A stretch of DNA of 64,000 nt from the human T2T-CHM13v2.0 reference genome, Homo sapiens: assembly GCF_009914755.1 (NCBI RefSeq), contig NC_060948.1. One strand, 5' to 3'. Both the position numbers and the translations under genes were made by a program. The notes beneath the pieces are model-generated. The model was not told where the DNA came from. It ran no database searches and saw only the letters and a list, made by a program, of their open reading frames with translations. Positions 60,319-64,000 of the stretch are shown here, piece by piece (position 1 is the first letter of the stretch; each line of letters opens with the position of its first letter).

Positions 60319-62446
60319 AGATCCATATTTTTTAAATGAAAAGAAATTTCAAAGGTACTCTGCTTGGTACAATAATCAAATGTATAAACTGAGGAATAAA
60401 ACATAACCATGAAACCTACTTATAACTGCATATGGAAAATACAGAGGATAATTTTTTAAATAACATATTTTGAAAGCCTTAACTAGTAATTTGAAGAGTT
60501 GGCATTTGAAAGGCCAGTATGAATATACCTTCAAAGCAGCAACACAGGTTCCCCATGAGAAAAAGCAAACACAGGGAAAATAAAAACACAAAGGTTCAAT
60601 CTCTTCTGACCTTTGAAAGACACAGCACAGACAGTGGTCCTTAGGACGAAGAGCAGGAGACCCCTAATTCCGTCACCATGGCGATAGGGCATAAACATTG
60701 CTGGGTGAGGGCACAATCCACATTGTGAGGTCCAACTGCTGCCAGGAAGACAGGAGTGCTTTTACATAGACCGAAAGGTCATTGAAGGCTCAGAGTTTTG
60801 TTTCAAGAACTGAATCCCAAGCCCACACGTTATTAGGCTGCGCTTCTTAAAACAAGTTATGAGATGGGAAAAAGGGCACCCACAAACATACGTATACATT
60901 ATGTATATAATAATATACAGTATCATATATATAATATATATAACCTATGTATAATATTGTTTTACATCCTGCATCTTATGTTATATATATTGTATAAAAT
61001 ATAATAATTGATAATATATAAGTTTTATAATTATACAATATGACATATAGTATATATTATAATTTATGACATATATAATATATGTTATATGTCATATATA
61101 GAATATATTATACGGTTAACATACGTATTAAATATAAATTATACATTATATATATTATATATAATATATCTGTTATATATAATACCCATTATGCATAATA
61201 TATATATTATGTCTATGTTATATATAGTATAAAACAACATATAATAATATATAATTGTATATATAAAATGCGACATATAATATATATTATATTTTATAAC
61301 ATATGTAATATATATTATATATTATATATAATACGTTGTATGTATAATACCTATATTAAATATATATTATATGACTATGTTATTAATTACATGTCACATG
61401 TGTTATATATTATATATTTTACATAGAATATACCGGTTACATACAATATATACTATGTTACCTATAATGTATAATTTATTACCTGTAAAATAAAGAATGC
61501 AATATATTATGTATAATTTATAATATACAATATGTGGAATGTGATATATGTAACATATAATATATGATATATGATATACAGTATATGATATATAACATAC
61601 AATATATGATTCCTAATATATATGGTATACAATATATATTTTATGATATGTATTCTATATGTTTTATATTCTGTTATATATAACTATTTGAAATTATATA
61701 TAACTGTATAATATTTTATGTAAATATGTAATATAATATATATAACTATATAATATATTATATATAACTATATATTATGTTATATATACTTTTATAACAT
61801 AATTTACATAAAATATCATAATATAATATATATTATATTATTTCATATTACATAATATATATTACATATCACCCAATATAACTAACATACATAATATTAT
61901 AATATAGATTATATTGTGTTATATTAAATATCATATATATCATGTATCATATATTCTATAATATATATTACACATTATATAATATGTATGTTGTCTATTA
62001 TGTGATATATATAACTATATATATAATTATATTTTTATACATATAACTGGATAAACATGTAATTCTACATATTTTCATTTATAATATGTAGAATTATATA
62101 ATCATATATAATTTTTTATATTCTATAAAAAATTTTATCATTTTATAAATTATAATATATAAAAATTATAATATGTACTACAAATATATATATTATATAT
62201 CATATATGATATAGTACCTTTGTTATATATCATAATACATATAAATGTGTATTATGTTATCTATAATTATATAATTTCATATATAAGATGTATAATATGT
62301 ATCATATATTATATATGTTATGTAATATATATAGTATATATAAGATGACACAGGATAAATATTATATACTATGACATATAAAATATATGAGGTTATATGT
62401 TACATATAAGGCATAGCACATAACATGTAATATATATCATATATAA

Positions 62447-62738
62447 TTTTTTTTTAGACAGAATCTTGTCCTGTTGCACAGCGTGGGGTACAATGGCGCC
62501 ATCTTTGCTCACTGCAACTTCTGCCTCACGGGTCCAAGCGATTGTCCTCCCTCAGCCTCCCAGGTAGCTGGGACTACACCACACTGGGACTACACCAGCT
62601 GCCACCATGCCTAGCTAATTTTTTGGATTTTTAGTAGTGACAGCGTTTCACTGTATTGGCCAGGATGGTCTTGATCTCTTCACCTTGTGATCCCCTTGCC
62701 TTGGCCTCCAAATTTGCTGGGATTACAGGCCTGAGCCA
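62447..62738 (-). mobile_element. Diverged Alu, U26
   Basis: Copy of the U1 Alu. Confidence 0.95.
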
Positions 62739-64000
62739 AGATCCATATTTTTTAAATGAAAAAAAATTTCAAAGGTACTCTGCTTGGTACAATAATCAAA
62801 TGTATAAACTGAGGAATAAAACATAACCATGAAACCTACTTATAACTGCATATGGAAAATACAGAGGATAATTTTTTAAATAACATATTTTGAAAGCCTT
62901 AACTAGTAATTTGAAGAGTTGGCATTTGAAAGGCCAGTATGAATATACCTTCAAAGCAGCAACACAGGTTCCCCATGAGAAAAAGCAAACACAGGGAAAA
63001 TAAAAACACAAAGGTTCAATCTCTTCTGACCTTTGAAAGACACAGCACAGACAGTGGTCCTTAGGACGAAGAGCAGGAGACCCCTAATTCCGTCACCATG
63101 GCGATAGGGCATAAACATTGCTGGGTGAGGGCACAATCCACATTGTGAGGTCCAACTGCTGCCAGGAAGACAGGAGTGCTTTTACATAGACCGAAAGGTC
63201 ATTGAAGGCTCAGAGTTTTGTTTCAAGAACTGAATCCCAAGCCCACACGTTATTAGGCTGCGCTTCTTAAAACAAGTTATGAGATGGGAAAAAGGGCACC
63301 CACAAACATACGTATACATTATGTATATAATAATATACAGTATCATATATATAATATATATAACCTATGTATAATATTGTTTTACATCCTGCATCTTATG
63401 TTATATATATTGTATAAAATATAATAATTGATAATATATAAGTTTTATAATTATACAATATGACATAGAGTATATATTATAATTTATGACATATATAATA
63501 TATGTTATATATCATATATAGAATATATTATACGGTTAATATACGTATTAAATATAAATTATACATTATATATATTATATATAATATATCTGTTATATAT
63601 AATACCCATTATGCATAATATATATATTATGTCTATGTTATATATAGTATAAAACAACATATAATAATATATAATTGTATATATAAAATGCGACATATAA
63701 TATATATTATATTTTATAACATATGTAATATATATTATATATTATATATAATACGTTGTATGTATAATACCTATATTAAATATATATTATATGACTATGT
63801 TATTAATTACATGTCACATGTGTTATATATTATATATTTTACATAGAATATACCGGTTACATACAATATATACTATGTTACCTATAATGTATAATTTATT
63901 ACATGTAAAATAAAGAATGCAATATATTATGTATAATTTATAATATACAATATGTGGAATGTGATATATGTAACATATAATATATGATATATGATATACA

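Overview
The whole 64 kb window is one uninterrupted head-to-tail tandem array of a ~2.42 kb unit: 26 complete copies plus flanking partial ones, with periods of 2413-2420 bp taken from the spacing of the recurring ORFs. Each unit has three parts: a ~570 bp moderately GC-rich segment (HSATI-type), ~1.55 kb of extremely AT-rich degenerate (TA)n-like sequence, and a diverged ~290 bp Alu on the minus strand. This matches the human DYZ2/HSat1B macrosatellite, most likely from Yq12 heterochromatin, although acrocentric HSat1B arrays cannot be excluded from sequence alone. There are no credible protein-coding genes; the recurring ORFs are repeat artefacts. I found no evidence of a new biological system. 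The informative structure is in the unit-to-unit variants: 2-, 3- and possibly 7-unit duplications, mosaic units and a subfamily transition at about 36-44 kb. Units are numbered U1 (from 71), U2 (2489), U3 (4906) ... U27 (62951). All variant comparisons were made by eye.
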